This document shows positions 1-10,291 of a DNA stretch of 64,000 nt, one piece after another (positions within the stretch are counted from its first letter, which is position 1; each line of letters starts with the position of its first letter). The translations under genes and the position numbers were made by a program. The stretch comes from an uncultured Acholeplasmataceae bacterium (GTDB taxonomy: Bacteria; Bacillota_I; Bacilli_A; ML615J-28; CAG-698): assembly GCA_963542825.1 (NCBI GenBank), contig CAUTZD010000003.1, positions 6,804-70,803 on the forward strand, given 5' to 3'. The notes beneath the pieces were generated by a model. The model worked only from the letters and a program-made list of their open reading frames with translations. It had not been told where the DNA came from and made no database searches.

Positions 1-830
1 AAAGCTATTGAATCGGTAACAATCAGTTCTTCAATGCTTGAATTTTCAATTCTTTTAACGGCTTCACCACTCAATACTGGGTGCGTCGCACAAACATAAA
101 TCGATTTAGCTCCAGCCTTTTTAAGCGCTTCGCTTGCAAGCGTAATCGTTCCAGCTGTATCAATGATATCATCAACAATGATTACGTTTTTGCCATTAAC
201 ATCACCAATAATATTCATAACTTCAGCAACATTTGGTTTCGGACGGCGTTTATCAACAATAGCGATCGGGGCATCAAAATAGATTGCAAATTTCCGTGCT
301 CTCGTTGTTCCGCCATGATCTGGGGAAACAACAACAACATCTTTAACTTTTTTGTCTTTAAAATATTGAACAAGAATAGGCAAAGCCCCAAAGTTATCGA
401 TTGGAATATCAAAAAATCCTTGAATCTGAGCAGCATGTAAATCAAGAGCAATAATCCGTGTCGCCCCTGCCGCTTGTAAAAGGTCGGCAACGAGCTTCGC
501 TGTGATTGGCTGCCTACTCATAACTTTCCGGTCTTGCCGGCAATAGCCATAATAAGGCATCACAATATTTATTGTTTTTGCTGATGCCCTTTTTAAAGCG
601 TCAATCATTATTAGAAGTTCCATATAATGATCGTTAACAGGTTCTGAAGTTGACTGGACCACAAACACATCATAGCCGCGAACCGTTTCCGGAATGTTGA
701 TGTTCATCTCACCATCGGCAAAACGAATTGTTTCACAAAATGAAAGCTCTGTATTCATCTTCCTAGCAATTTCTTCGCCTAATGTTTTGCTAGCTGAAAG
801 CGCAAAAATTTTAAATTTTAAATTCTCCAT
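1..830 (-). CDS. prs: Ribose-phosphate pyrophosphokinase (PRPP synthetase), 3' end truncated by window edge
   Basis: Manual reverse-strand translation from the ATG at 828-830 gives [26 protein letters not shown]...[17 protein letters not shown]...[17 protein letters not shown]...[11 protein letters not shown], the classic PRPP synthetase motifs. The RBS GGGGAGAA lies upstream. The ORF track omitted it because it runs off the window. Confidence 0.9.
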   Translation of the reverse strand, partial: MENLKFKIFALSASKTLGEEIARKMNTELSFCETIRFADGEMNINIPETVRGYDVFVVQSTSEPVNDHYMELLIMIDALKRASAKTINIVMPYYGYCRQDRKVMSRQPITAKLVADLLQAAGATRIIALDLHAAQIQGFFDIPIDNFGALPILVQYFKDKKVKDVVVVSPDHGGTTRARKFAIYFDAPIAIVDKRRPKPNVAEVMNIIGDVNGKNVIIVDDIIDTAGTITLASEALKKAGAKSIYVCATHPVLSGEAVKRIENSSIEELIVTDSIA

Positions 831-851
831 AAATTCTCCCCACAATTTCTT

Positions 852-1667
852 TTACATTATACCAGAATTATTCATTATTTTTCCTTTTAATATTTTAACG
901 TTATAAGCCTTAATAATTGTTCTAACTTTGATTTTTTTCTCAACTACTAAAAGTGTTGGTCCCGATCCTGAAAGTGTAATATATTTCGGATTTACTGTTT
1001 TTGTTAATTCACCATAAACCTTGTCTACTCTCTCGTCAGCTAAAGCATATTTTAAAAATACATTTCGATATCGAAACTCGCGGCTTGTTTGGTCTATATA
1101 ATCCCCACAACTATTAAAGTCTTCTTCTTCAATTTTCGCAAACATATCCTTAGTTAAGTAAGAAAAAGGAAAAGTGATTAAATGAATTTTTTTAAAATTA
1201 AATCTAAGCTTTTTAACAAAGGTACTACCAGTTCCTTCTAAAACCACCGGTTCTTCAAAAAGCCCGTAATAAACATCACTCCCGAGCTTTTCAGCAAGGG
1301 CTTTTAGTTTATCTTCGCTTGGTTTCAGTTTATTTTTAGTATAGTAAAGTTTTATAAGCCCAGCGCTGTCCATGCTTCCGCCTCCAAGCCCAGCGCCAAC
1401 TGGAATTCTTTTTATGAGTTTTATCTTGTAGCTTTTGGAATCGTTAAATGTTTCTTTAAGAACTTTTAGGGTTTTGTATAAGATGTTGTCTTCTTGGTTT
1501 TCCATGCCAAGTATCGTTATCACGTCGGTTCTGTTTTCCTTAAGCATGAGCGTATCATAAAGACCTCTGACCTTAATTCTTGCGTTCACCATCAAAAGAT
1601 TATGAAAGCCGTCGCTACGCCTGTTTTTAACATCAAGAAAAAGATTAATTTTAGGATTTATCCGCAT
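852..1667 (-). CDS. ispE: 4-diphosphocytidyl-2-C-methyl-D-erythritol kinase
   Basis: 271-aa ORF with a GHMP-kinase glycine-rich motif (PVGAGLGGGSMDSAG) and a KINLFL N-terminus typical of IspE. Confidence 0.85.
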   Translation of the reverse strand: MRINPKINLFLDVKNRRSDGFHNLLMVNARIKVRGLYDTLMLKENRTDVITILGMENQEDNILYKTLKVLKETFNDSKSYKIKLIKRIPVGAGLGGGSMDSAGLIKLYYTKNKLKPSEDKLKALAEKLGSDVYYGLFEEPVVLEGTGSTFVKKLRFNFKKIHLITFPFSYLTKDMFAKIEEEDFNSCGDYIDQTSREFRYRNVFLKYALADERVDKVYGELTKTVNPKYITLSGSGPTLLVVEKKIKVRTIIKAYNVKILKGKIMNNSGIM

Positions 1668-2481
1668 CTAAAACCTCGTATAATTTATAGATTAGCAAAG
1701 GACTTAATTCTTCAATCCGCGCTTCTTTCTTAATTTCGTTTTCCTCGTAAAACTTTTCGATTGTTTCTGTTTTTTCTTGATACCATCGTTTTAAATTTAC
1801 AAATAGCTGCTTGCGGCGGTTTTGAAACGCAAGATGCACAAATTCTAAAAAATTACCGTTTAAATCGCTGTTTAAATCGTTTTTCTTAGAAGAAACCGAT
1901 AAATAGATACTTTGGACCTTCGGTGTAGGATAAAAAGAATTTTCCTTAACGATGATTTTTTCTTTCAAATCAAATAGTAAAGCAAAAACAACACTCAAAC
2001 TACCATAGAGTTTAGAGCCTTCTTTAGCAAGCAGTCTCTCACCAAATTCCTTCTGTATCATCAAAGAAAAAGAAGTAAAACGAAAAAACCTTAAGACTTT
2101 TAAAATGATGTCTGATGTTATATAGTATGGAAGATTACCAACAATTTTTAAGGACTTATACTCTAAAAAGCTATGAGGGTCTGCCTTCAAAAAGTCTTCA
2201 ACTACAAAATACTTTTCACCATATTCCTTCTTGAGAATCTCACCAAGATTTAAATCAATCTCATAGCCTAAATAGTTCTTAGTTTTTTTAAGGATTTCGC
2301 CTGTTAAGGCACCAAGTCCTGATCCTATTTCTAAGATAAAATCATCTTCTTTTATCTCTAAAGAATCAACAATTCTACTTACAACGTTTTGGTCAATTAA
2401 GAAATTTTGCCCAAATCGTTTCTTAGCTGATATTTGATATTTTTTAATTAACTGCATTTGTGTCATAAAACTTAAGAACAT
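1651..2481 (-). CDS. rsmA: 16S rRNA (adenine1518/1519-N6)-dimethyltransferase RsmA/KsgA. The start is uncertain; the ORF extends to 2538, but an internal Met is preferred.
   Basis: KKRFGQNFLID... and EIGSGLGALT SAM-binding motifs. The 2538 start would overlap rnmV by 95 nt, so an internal Met (MFLSF/MTQMQL) is more likely. Confidence 0.85.
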   Translation of the reverse strand: MFLSFMTQMQLIKKYQISAKKRFGQNFLIDQNVVSRIVDSLEIKEDDFILEIGSGLGALTGEILKKTKNYLGYEIDLNLGEILKKEYGEKYFVVEDFLKADPHSFLEYKSLKIVGNLPYYITSDIILKVLRFFRFTSFSLMIQKEFGERLLAKEGSKLYGSLSVVFALLFDLKEKIIVKENSFYPTPKVQSIYLSVSSKKNDLNSDLNGNFLEFVHLAFQNRRKQLFVNLKRWYQEKTETIEKFYEENEIKKEARIEELSPLLIYKLYEVLDADKS

Positions 2482-2983
2482 CCTCTTTTTTAATTTGGTA
2501 CATATTAAGGCGTTTAAACATGGCCTTACTATTTCCATATCCTAAATGAAAATGCTTCCCGACTTTTTCACGTAAACTTTTAGAACCAGAAAGCCCGAGA
2601 TCAAGATACTCAGAATAACTGATTGTTTCTTTATTTTTTGTTTCTGGAAGCCCTTTTAAAATATCACGAAGCACAGAAACTTTAGCATGTTCAACCCCAA
2701 GCTTTTTCTTATTTTTACTAATTGCTTCATTTTTCTCAATAAAAAGTTCTTTGGTTTTAACGTGCTCGTTAATCTTTTTAGCGATTGCTCTGCCTTGGGA
2801 ATCAGGATCCAAAAACAAAACGATTTCCTCTTTTTTTGCTAAAACAACTAAACTTTCAATAAATGTTTTACTAATGCTACTACCACCAGTAACTAAAATA
2901 TTGAGGTTTTTATTAACCTTTAAAAGTTTATCCTTATCGTGCTGTCCTTCAACTACTATTACCACGCTTTTATTATAGCACAT
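2444..2983 (-). CDS. rnmV: Ribonuclease M5 (Toprim domain)
   Basis: 179-aa Toprim-type protein (VVIVVEGQHDKDKL...LVTGGSS...DPDSQG). The rnmV-ksgA adjacency is conserved in Firmicutes. Confidence 0.8.
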   Translation of the reverse strand: MCYNKSVVIVVEGQHDKDKLLKVNKNLNILVTGGSSISKTFIESLVVLAKKEEIVLFLDPDSQGRAIAKKINEHVKTKELFIEKNEAISKNKKKLGVEHAKVSVLRDILKGLPETKNKETISYSEYLDLGLSGSKSLREKVGKHFHLGYGNSKAMFKRLNMYQIKKEDVLKFYDTNAVN

Positions 2984-2989
2984 AATAAA

Positions 2990-3030
2990 AAAATAGCAGA
3001 TACTTTTTAAAGCATCTGCTATATATTATT
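2990..3030 (-). terminator. Rho-independent terminator after the large lipoprotein gene
   Basis: Inverted repeat agcagat...atctgct followed by a T-run on the minus strand. Confidence 0.6.
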
Positions 3031-5187
3031 TTAGATTTCGCCAGGACAAACAACTACGTATACTGGAAGTTTAAGATCTTTATTTTCGTCTGGCTTGCTT
3101 TCACAAGTAAGACCTTTACGGTGATTGTAATATACTTCACTAACATAACAATAGATGTCTTCTGTAAATTCTTTGCCTATAGGGAATTCGGCAATATTTT
3201 TAAATTTTTTAGGACTAAGGACAAAAGAAACACCATTAAGTGTTACCCGAATATCATGAGTTATACCGTTTTTATCTTTATTATGAGCAACAACTTTAAA
3301 GCCTTTTAAGTTAATACGTTTACCAAGCTGATCAAAAATTGCTTTCTTGATATCGATAGGTTTTGGTTTTTCTGGTATTACATTAGCAAGTTCCTCAGCA
3401 GTAACGTTTGCTACGGTTTCTGGAATTTCAATTCCGTCAGTTTTAGCCTCTTCAGCATTTGCGTACTTTTTGCTAACTTTGGCAGAAGTTAAACGTAAAT
3501 TAATTGTATTGTCGTAGTTTGTACTTAAAAATTTTGTCACACCAAATACAGTTACGATATTGCCAACTTGAACATCATTAAACTCATCGCCATAATTTTC
3601 CACTAGGAATCTTCCGGTTTCATCTTCGATAATCACTGCTTTGAAAGGTTTCATGACAACACGACCAGTAATCTTCGTCCAAATTGTCTTACCAAGCAAT
3701 CCTTTACCAAGTGCTTCTTTATGAGTTTTATAAATTTCGTTAATCTTCAAAGGTTTTGGTTCAAGAACTTTTAGCTTAACAAAACTTTCTTTTTCCTTGT
3801 CGCCTACCTTAACTTTATAACCAAGAGTAACGGGTGTTACTTCTTTTGTTAAAACAACAGTTCCATCATCATTAATTACTGCTTTGTCACTAGAATCAAA
3901 AGTAACAGTGTAATTAATTTTATTATCTTTATTGATTTTGAAAACTAAAGGATTTGTTGGAACTTTTGTATCAGTAACATATTCTGGATATCTTTCTTTG
4001 TAATGTCTTTCAAGAACATAAGCAACATAATCAGCTTTTCTTTGGTTATCCCAAGGTGTGCCATCAATATCAGCATATTTTTTGATAATGTTTGCTTCTA
4101 GTTTTGGATATCCTTCGGGAACGATAGCATCGTCTGGTTTGTCAACAGCTACAAAACGAAAACGTGTTCCGAAGTTGTATGCAATAACAGGTAGTTTATC
4201 GACTTTGTTATTTGTCAAACCATTGTTTTGTGCCATGCCTTTAATTTCTTTGTTTAGTGAAGATTGACTAGCTATTGATACTTTATCAAATGTTTTATTA
4301 TCAAGAACTTCAACCAAATCTTTAGTGTCGTTAGAAGAAGCTAGAATGCCTTTAAGAATGTATGCTCTTCCGTACTCTAGTAAATCTGTATCCCAATCGA
4401 TCTTTGCAAAATCAGAAGGTGTAATTTCCTTAGCACCATCGAAAATGTTTGGTGCCTTTTCGCCTTCAGGAAGGGTAGCAAGTATATCAACAATTCCATC
4501 TTTAATACGCGCAAGCTTATCTTTACTATCGCGTTTACCAATAACAGATACCGTTGTACCAACCGTAATCTTATCAGCTTTTTGGCGTGTCTCAACATAA
4601 AGACGCTTAACAGTTTCATCTACTTTCTGTTCAATAAAGAAAGCCTTAGAATCGTTTTTTTCATATAAAGTGGCAACAACTTTTCCTTCAACGCGGACAA
4701 GTTCATTAGTACCAATACCAATACCTTTAAGAATTTTACTATAATCAGTGGTTAACTCAGGGCGCTTAGCAATTTTTAAATTAAAAGTTCTTTCACCTCT
4801 AAATGATGTGGTTTTGCCTTTTTTGTTAGGGTTAGATACATATTCAAAACGCGCAGTTAAAGTAATTGGTGCGTCTTCTTCGCCATATTTTTTAATGACA
4901 AAGAGCCAAGATGCTTCTTTTATCACATCACGGTCCTTCACGTCTTTGATTTCAACAAGTTCAGGTTTATCGACGCTCCAAACAACATTAATTACTCCAC
5001 TTTCGAGATCAATCTTCCGAGATAATGAAAATTGATCATAAAGACTATTAGGTTTATCGAGACTTTTAACATTAACATATTCATCAATTCTCTTCTCAAC
5101 TGATTTCGCTGTATTTTGACATCCAGCTATTGTTACGCTAACTAAAGCTAAAGCAATAACTGCTAAAAGTTTTCGTAAAAATTTCAT
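3031..5187 (-). CDS. Large surface lipoprotein (718 aa), unknown function, last gene of the ABC/nuclease operon
   Basis: Signal peptide plus lipobox (LVSVTIAGC). Strong RBS AGGAGG 15 nt after the nuclease gene stop. No recognisable catalytic motif. Confidence 0.6.
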   Translation of the reverse strand: MKFLRKLLAVIALALVSVTIAGCQNTAKSVEKRIDEYVNVKSLDKPNSLYDQFSLSRKIDLESGVINVVWSVDKPELVEIKDVKDRDVIKEASWLFVIKKYGEEDAPITLTARFEYVSNPNKKGKTTSFRGERTFNLKIAKRPELTTDYSKILKGIGIGTNELVRVEGKVVATLYEKNDSKAFFIEQKVDETVKRLYVETRQKADKITVGTTVSVIGKRDSKDKLARIKDGIVDILATLPEGEKAPNIFDGAKEITPSDFAKIDWDTDLLEYGRAYILKGILASSNDTKDLVEVLDNKTFDKVSIASQSSLNKEIKGMAQNNGLTNNKVDKLPVIAYNFGTRFRFVAVDKPDDAIVPEGYPKLEANIIKKYADIDGTPWDNQRKADYVAYVLERHYKERYPEYVTDTKVPTNPLVFKINKDNKINYTVTFDSSDKAVINDDGTVVLTKEVTPVTLGYKVKVGDKEKESFVKLKVLEPKPLKINEIYKTHKEALGKGLLGKTIWTKITGRVVMKPFKAVIIEDETGRFLVENYGDEFNDVQVGNIVTVFGVTKFLSTNYDNTINLRLTSAKVSKKYANAEEAKTDGIEIPETVANVTAEELANVIPEKPKPIDIKKAIFDQLGKRINLKGFKVVAHNKDKNGITHDIRVTLNGVSFVLSPKKFKNIAEFPIGKEFTEDIYCYVSEVYYNHRKGLTCESKPDENKDLKLPVYVVVCPGEI

Positions 5188-5202
5188 TTTTCCTCCTTTT
5201 TA

Positions 5203-6597
5203 CTATTTAACTCTTTTAAAATTATTGATAAGATTAAGATCATCTTTCAAAACTTCTTTTACAGGGTCGCCAATTGGTTTGCCATCATTGTCATACTTTT
5301 GAGTTTGTTTTACACGGAAGCATTCTCCCGGTGTTAATTGATATCCTTCTTTTGGTTGTTTAACGATTGCCGCAATAATATCATATTTAACACCTTCTTC
5401 AATTCGAAAGTCTGACCAGTGTAAAGTTTCACCGCCTGCAAGAATTTCATAATCCTGTGTTTTTATTAAATATTGATCCCATTTAGTTTTAATATCGGCA
5501 CCAATATACATATTGAAATCGTTGCCGTCTTTGTCTTTGCATTTGATAATCCAGTAGTAGTTATCGCTGTTCTCCGGCTTCTTGCGAATTATCTCACTTA
5601 CAGTAACACCCTTAAATTTGACAACCCGACCTGCGTATTCTTTAAAATCATCAGATGAAGTAATCACTGGAAACTCAAAATCTTTCATGTTTATCTTGCC
5701 AGTAACAACAGCTTCGGTAACATCGGTAAACTGTGTTCCAAATTCACCTTCGTAATCAAGTTTAGCTTTAACTTTAACCTTATCACCTACGCTTGTAGAA
5801 GCATAGAATCTTTCATCATTAAAGTGACCGTAGAAAAATGCTCCGGCTTTTCCTTTGTGAATTTTTTGTTCACCATTTTCTTCATATGTAAATTCGTCTT
5901 CAATATCCTCAACAAAAACGCCAGTTCCTTTTTTTCGAGTAATTAAACCTTCGATCTCGAAAATAGTTCCTGTTTGCCATTCGTCGCCTTTATCTAAGAT
6001 ATATTTGATTGAACCTTTAATCGTTGTTGTTGCGTAGTTAAAATCAGGATCAGGTTTAGGAGAGTATAGATGAAGTTTTTTACTGCGAGCATATTTATCA
6101 GCTTGAAGCAGTTCCTTACTAAACTCGTCAGCATCACCTCCAAGTTTAGCTTTTGAAAAACCATTCAAAACGATATCAAAGTTTAATAGACGAGGCACTG
6201 TTTCACCTTTAGGGATATACCAAACCCAACCGAGAACCCGCGAACCAGTTGCATCGATTCCGCGACTCTCAACAATAATTTTAGCATCTTTTAAAGCGTT
6301 TTTTGTATAGTCACTAGCCTTCTTACCCCAGGCTTCAACTTTACCAGTTGATTCAGGAGTATCAATACCTAAAAAACGAATCTTATAACTTTTGCCGCTG
6401 CTTGTCACATGAATGGTGTCACCATCCACGTGCTTGGCTAACTCTACTTCGCCAATTGACCCTGCTGTACCATCAAAAACTTGACCAGTATAGTTTTTCT
6501 TAAGCAGAGGGCTCTTTGGCTCTTTGACATTACAACCACCTAAAAGCAGTCCAAGTAGAGCTAGTAGACATAGTTGTAAAAATCTTTTAAATTTCAT
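5203..6597 (-). CDS. Membrane nuclease lipoprotein with a staphylococcal (thermo)nuclease SNase domain
   Basis: Lipobox LLGGC. SNase motif VDGDTIHV...YKIRFLGIDTPE...KKASDY. The start codon overlaps the stop of the upstream binding-protein gene (TAATG). Confidence 0.75.
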   Translation of the reverse strand: MKFKRFLQLCLLALLGLLLGGCNVKEPKSPLLKKNYTGQVFDGTAGSIGEVELAKHVDGDTIHVTSSGKSYKIRFLGIDTPESTGKVEAWGKKASDYTKNALKDAKIIVESRGIDATGSRVLGWVWYIPKGETVPRLLNFDIVLNGFSKAKLGGDADEFSKELLQADKYARSKKLHLYSPKPDPDFNYATTTIKGSIKYILDKGDEWQTGTIFEIEGLITRKKGTGVFVEDIEDEFTYEENGEQKIHKGKAGAFFYGHFNDERFYASTSVGDKVKVKAKLDYEGEFGTQFTDVTEAVVTGKINMKDFEFPVITSSDDFKEYAGRVVKFKGVTVSEIIRKKPENSDNYYWIIKCKDKDGNDFNMYIGADIKTKWDQYLIKTQDYEILAGGETLHWSDFRIEEGVKYDIIAAIVKQPKEGYQLTPGECFRVKQTQKYDNDGKPIGDPVKEVLKDDLNLINNFKRVK

Positions 6598-8273
6598 TAT
6601 TTGGTGCTCTTCTCATGAATTTTCTTAAATTGTTCATTAATTTTCGCTAATTGTTCATTTTCAGGTTTATTAAAAATTTGAAGATCCATCAAAATAGCTT
6701 TTAGATATGTTTCTGAATTAGTTCGAACTTCAGAACTTGTTCCCCAAGCAGGATCAACGAAGAATGTATACTTAACGTTTTGATCTGGACTTTCATAAAA
6801 ATCTTTCATAACGCGAACAACTTCTGTCTTAAGACTTGGTTTTGCTAAAAATTCTTTATATGCAGGAATTTCGTAAACCGACTTACGAACAGGTAAATAA
6901 CCAGTACCCATTGAGAATTTCGCACAGTTTTCTGGCGAAAGAATTGTTTTGATAAACTTCCATGCAAGGTTTCTTTGAAGGTTAGTTCCGGTATTAAACA
7001 TAACAAGGTTAGTTCCTTGCTGAATTACCGTACGCTTATTTTTGTCAGTTCTATATGGAGCTGGAACAACGCCATATTCACCATTAGTATAGTAGTTAGT
7101 ACCACCTGAAGAACCAACATTCAATAGAGTACGACAATTACTTAGTAATGTTGAAGCATATTTTTCTTCCCACTGCTGTGGTACACCAAGTACCGCCTTA
7201 TCAAATAAATTCTTGAAATAAAGAATGGCTTTTTGACTGTCAACATTATCAACATATTTATGAAGACCGCGTTGAACATCGACTTTTCCGTTATTTACAA
7301 TTGCTCCTGTATAAGGGGCATCAGACTGATGCATTGCTGTTGTAAAAAAGTTACCAAGAGAATCATACATTACAGTACGGAAATTTTTGAAAGTTTGCTT
7401 ACCGTTAAAATCTACAAAATTTCCAAACGCTGCGTCAAATTTTTCTTGACCACCAAAATATTCAGGCAAAGATAACTCTGGAACGGGTTTAAGAGAATCG
7501 GCTTTAAGACAATCGTAATATTTCTTTAAAGCCTTAACGATAAAATTAGAGAAATCTTCAATTTCTTCCCAAGTGCGAGGAACTTTGATATGTTTAGCAG
7601 TAAGTTTTCCTTCGCTGTCTCTAACTTCGACTAAGAAGTCTTTAGCTTTTGGAAGATCATCGTCTTCAAATAATTCAGTTTTTAAAGCATTCTTATAATC
7701 GATTGGGAATTGTTCCATGAAATCACGGCGATAATACATAACTTCAGTTGACTTGTTAAATGGAAGTCCATAAATTGTTTCTTTTTCATCGAAGTATCTT
7801 GTTTCTTTTAAATATTCTTGGTTGAAATCGGCGATCTCGTTTTTAATACCGATTTTGCTATCATTAACAAAGCTTGAAAGTTCCTGGATAACACCACTAA
7901 TTAAATATTTAGCGATGTGGTCGGGATAAGCAAGCGATACATGAGGAGCATATTTTCTACTACGTGCATCTTCACGGTTTTTCTTAAGCAAACTGTCATA
8001 ACCTGATTCTTGCTCAAGTTTAACCTCAGCATTATATCCTTCCTTGGCTAATTGTTCATTGAATGGCGCAACAAGTTCTTTCTCAACAACATCATAAATG
8101 TCTTTACCAAAAGAGACGCGGAACTTAATTTGCACTTTACTTTTTTGCTTATTAATTTCTGCTTTTAGATTATCAGCACTTAAAACTGTTAGTTTTTCAA
8201 AGCGCTGACATCCTGCTAAGACTACTGTTAGCACTAAGACTAAAAGTAGACCAAAAAATTTCTTAAATTTCAT
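6597..8273 (-). CDS. ABC transporter solute-binding lipoprotein (family-1 sugar/solute type)
   Basis: Lipobox VVLAGC. 558-aa periplasmic-binding-protein-like sequence immediately downstream of two MalF/MalG-type permeases. Confidence 0.65.
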   Translation of the reverse strand: MKFKKFFGLLLVLVLTVVLAGCQRFEKLTVLSADNLKAEINKQKSKVQIKFRVSFGKDIYDVVEKELVAPFNEQLAKEGYNAEVKLEQESGYDSLLKKNREDARSRKYAPHVSLAYPDHIAKYLISGVIQELSSFVNDSKIGIKNEIADFNQEYLKETRYFDEKETIYGLPFNKSTEVMYYRRDFMEQFPIDYKNALKTELFEDDDLPKAKDFLVEVRDSEGKLTAKHIKVPRTWEEIEDFSNFIVKALKKYYDCLKADSLKPVPELSLPEYFGGQEKFDAAFGNFVDFNGKQTFKNFRTVMYDSLGNFFTTAMHQSDAPYTGAIVNNGKVDVQRGLHKYVDNVDSQKAILYFKNLFDKAVLGVPQQWEEKYASTLLSNCRTLLNVGSSGGTNYYTNGEYGVVPAPYRTDKNKRTVIQQGTNLVMFNTGTNLQRNLAWKFIKTILSPENCAKFSMGTGYLPVRKSVYEIPAYKEFLAKPSLKTEVVRVMKDFYESPDQNVKYTFFVDPAWGTSSEVRTNSETYLKAILMDLQIFNKPENEQLAKINEQFKKIHEKSTK

Positions 8274-8297
8274 TTATACCTCCTTAAAATTTAGAAA

Positions 8298-9257
8298 TTA
8301 TCCTTTAGTTCCACCACGCGTAACTCCACGCATGATATATTTTCTAAGTGTAATAAAAACGATTAAAAGTGGAATTGTTACAAGCATACTCATCGCCATC
8401 CGGAAGTGAAGTGGATCTTTTAAACCGTTTTGGGCGATTTCTCCCGTCATCGGTCTAAAGACACGAATTAAGGCGTTGGATACAAGGAGCATGTTTGGCT
8501 CGTTAGCTACTAAATCTGGCCAAATATAGGCATTCCAAGTTCCCATCATACTAAGGATGAAAACAGTCGTCATCGTTGCTTTTCCAAGCGGAATCATGAC
8601 TTTAAATAAATATTTAAAATCACCACAACCATCAATCTTGGATGCAAAATATAACTCATTAGGAATTTGTTTAAATGTTTGTCGTAAGAAATAAATATAG
8701 AACACACTAACGATAAAAGGCAGTAAGAGTGCCGTATAATGATTTCTTAAATGTAAGCTTGTAATTGTTGAGTAGTTAGTTAAAATGAAGATTTCACCAG
8801 GAACCATCATTGTTCCTAAAAGAATCGTAAATAAAACATTTTTAAGTTTGAAGTTAAGTCGCGCAAACGCAAAAGCTGAAAGTGTTGTCGATATCATCGC
8901 AAACGATGTTGTTAGAAAACCAACCAAAATTGTATTGAAGAACACACGGCCCAAACTAACAGCACCCATCGCTGGCTTAACAGGAAGACCTGCAAGCTCG
9001 TAAGTTCCTTTAGCATATCTTACCGTATCGATAAAGTTTCTAAATTGCCAGTGCTTGGGAAAGAAACTAACTTTTGCACTATTGATTTCTTCAGTTGTCC
9101 GTAGAGCCGTTGCAAACATCCAGTAAAACGGCAAAATGATAAAAATGGCAATGAGGACAAGAAAGGCATAAATTCCAATATTTATTGCCACCGATTTAAC
9201 TTTATAAGCCTTGGCTTTTTTACCTGTTAAATAAAGAGCACGTTCATTTTGATACAT
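8298..9257 (-). CDS. ABC sugar-type permease (MalG-like)
   Basis: Six TM segments. EAA loop ASKIDGCGDFKYLFKVMIPLGK. Confidence 0.8.
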   Translation of the reverse strand: MYQNERALYLTGKKAKAYKVKSVAINIGIYAFLVLIAIFIILPFYWMFATALRTTEEINSAKVSFFPKHWQFRNFIDTVRYAKGTYELAGLPVKPAMGAVSLGRVFFNTILVGFLTTSFAMISTTLSAFAFARLNFKLKNVLFTILLGTMMVPGEIFILTNYSTITSLHLRNHYTALLLPFIVSVFYIYFLRQTFKQIPNELYFASKIDGCGDFKYLFKVMIPLGKATMTTVFILSMMGTWNAYIWPDLVANEPNMLLVSNALIRVFRPMTGEIAQNGLKDPLHFRMAMSMLVTIPLLIVFITLRKYIMRGVTRGGTKG

Positions 9258-9268
9258 AAATTTTCACC

Positions 9269-10291
9269 TTAGTAATGAACCTTTCTTTTGGAAATTTGCT
9301 GCTGAATAACAGTGATAATCATAATGATAATGAAAAGACTAATAGAAGCGGCAGCTGCTCGTGGTTGTCCATTAACCTCATCGCTTCGACCAACCCATTT
9401 ATACACATAGCCAACAATTGTTAAGTATCTATCAGGATTATCATCAGTTCCCATTTTACCGTTAAAGAGTGCCAGTACGCTTGTATACACTTTGAAAGCA
9501 CCAATAAAGGAAGTGATTGAAATATAAGAAATCATTGGTGATAAAAGCGGAACAGTAATCCGCCTAAATACTCTTTCCCGTGGTGTTGAATCGATTTGGG
9601 CTGACTGGTAGTACTGCTTATCAATACTTTGCATACCTGACAAGAATACCATGATCTTAAATGCTAAACCGTGCCATAAAGAGTGAATAATAATAACTAG
9701 AAATCCCGCCATATATTTCGGAATCCGCGATTCGCCGTTATCAAGAATTACCCGGTTAACCCAAGGAATCGCTTCTTTCCCAAGACCAATTCTTAACGAG
9801 TTAATCAAACCGCTTGATGAACCAAAGATTGCCGCAAACGTTAAACCAACGGCAATCGTATTTGTTACATAAGGTAAGAAATAGATTGTCTGGAAAACGC
9901 CTTGACCTTTTTTAATTCCGTTTAAGGCTACGGTAATAAACAAAGCAACCATAATTGTAAGCGGAACGGAAATAACAACAATTAACGCTGTATTCCCAAG
10001 GCTTGTTAAGAAAGTTTTATCTGTCCAAATGTGTTTAAAACTTTCGATACCAATTCCGATTCTAAACGTTGTCTTATTTCCTAAACTGTCGACTGTTTCA
10101 ATGGTTTTCCCAAAATGTTCAAACCAGTTGTAAACAAACGTACTACCTCTTGCAGCTCCATATGTGTATCCATCCATAAAAGCCATTAAGAAAGCTCTGA
10201 TAATTGGATAAATCATAAAAACTGTCGTTAAAAGGAGCGTTGGAAGTAAGACTAAGGTCGCCTTTAAATCGTCCTTTTTATATTCTAACAT
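9269..10291 (-). CDS. ABC sugar-type permease (MalF-like)
   Basis: Polytopic. EAA loop QSAQIDSTPRERVFRRITVPLL. The start abuts the ATPase stop (TAAATG). Confidence 0.8.
   Translation of the reverse strand: MLEYKKDDLKATLVLLPTLLLTTVFMIYPIIRAFLMAFMDGYTYGAARGSTFVYNWFEHFGKTIETVDSLGNKTTFRIGIGIESFKHIWTDKTFLTSLGNTALIVVISVPLTIMVALFITVALNGIKKGQGVFQTIYFLPYVTNTIAVGLTFAAIFGSSSGLINSLRIGLGKEAIPWVNRVILDNGESRIPKYMAGFLVIIIHSLWHGLAFKIMVFLSGMQSIDKQYYQSAQIDSTPRERVFRRITVPLLSPMISYISITSFIGAFKVYTSVLALFNGKMGTDDNPDRYLTIVGYVYKWVGRSDEVNGQPRAAAASISLFIIIMIITVIQQQISKRKVHY

Noticed and set aside
81-490. ORF-track entries 81-440 (+) and 215-490 (-)
   Set aside because: Both lie inside, and out of frame with, the clearly identifiable prs gene (minus strand, frame found manually). 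They have low-complexity, N/I-rich translations.
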